A stretch of DNA of 64,000 nt from Camelus ferus (Eukaryota), in NCBI RefSeq assembly GCF_009834535.1, contig NC_045698.1, positions 9,922,001 to 9,986,000 of the forward strand, given 5' to 3'. The stretch's first letter is position 1, and the number at the start of each line of letters is the position of its first letter. The position numbers and the translations under genes were made by a program. The notes under the pieces were generated by a model. It worked only from the letters and a program-made list of their open reading frames with translations. It was not told where the DNA came from and did not search any database. Of the stretch, positions 63,194 to 64,000 are shown piece by piece.

Positions 63194-64000
63194 AGCAAAT
63201 ATGAGTACCTTTTAAGGGGCCAGGCACTGTACTACATACTAAGCACAGAGCAGCTAATTAACATCCACACTTAATCACACATTAAAAAAATATTAATTGT
63301 AGGATGCATAATTATTTTATGGAACACTCAAAGAGGAAAAGACAAAATGCTGCCAATTACACTTATAAATACAACTTCAATTTTAAGTTGCATTCTGAAT
63401 TCACAGATGTTAAAATGTGGAAAGGTGTATCTCAGAATCATCGCCATCATTCCTGCCTTCACTGGGGGAAGATGTAAAATAAATAGAGCATAAATGAATA
63501 CATAATTCTAAATAAAATACGATTGCAGATTGTGGAAAGTATCATTAAAAAAGAAAAGAAGGTGCTTCTCTTGGATCTGTGTTCCAAATTATTGCCATTT
63601 TTTACCATTTAATACATTTTACGCTTACATTCCAAACTGGGAAATTTCCTGAACTCATCCCTAAATTATGAAGAGTCACCTACTTTGGGTCTTGCAGACC
63701 CACGTGTACCACCTACGCCATGTGATGTAATAGAAAAGTGTCAGCCCTGGGGACAGACAGGCCTGGATTTAAAACCCAGCTCTGTCCTCTCTGAGCTCTA
63801 TGACATCAGAGCTTTGGTTTCCTAAAGTGTGCCCTAGAAATACACCCACCTGCCTAACTCACTTGCGATGGTTTAAATTTACGTAAAACTCCTGGACCCC
63901 TACAGGCACCTAATACATGAAAATTATGACTCTATTCTTTAATTGCAAAAAAGTTAAGACTACAATCCATGACAGTATCAATGTAGGGGACAAATTCCCA

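Overview
Mammalian genomic DNA, most likely a camelid (five tRNA-Ala-derived Vic-1-type SINEs). The window holds the 5' part of DNAH5 (outer-arm axonemal dynein heavy chain 5) on the minus strand: coding exons 1-24, from the ATG at 61072 to the exon 24 donor at 854, all with GT-AG boundaries, plus about 2.9 kb upstream. The gene continues beyond position 1. Introns contain L1, L2, MIR, MaLR/ERV LTR, DNA-transposon relics and simple repeats. The main anomaly is six extra single bases in five exons (2, 4, 14, 16 and two in 19), which break the reading frame. I saw no in-frame nonsense substitutions or broken splice sites, and each extra base can be read as both alleles of a transition SNP written side by side. 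That points to a consensus artefact rather than gene loss. Other points of interest are a twin-priming L1 inversion, nested insertions with target-site duplications (TSDs), and candidate RFX/FOXJ1 sites. I found no convincing previously undescribed biological system. Human exon sizes and peptides, and repeat family names, are recalled from memory rather than searched.
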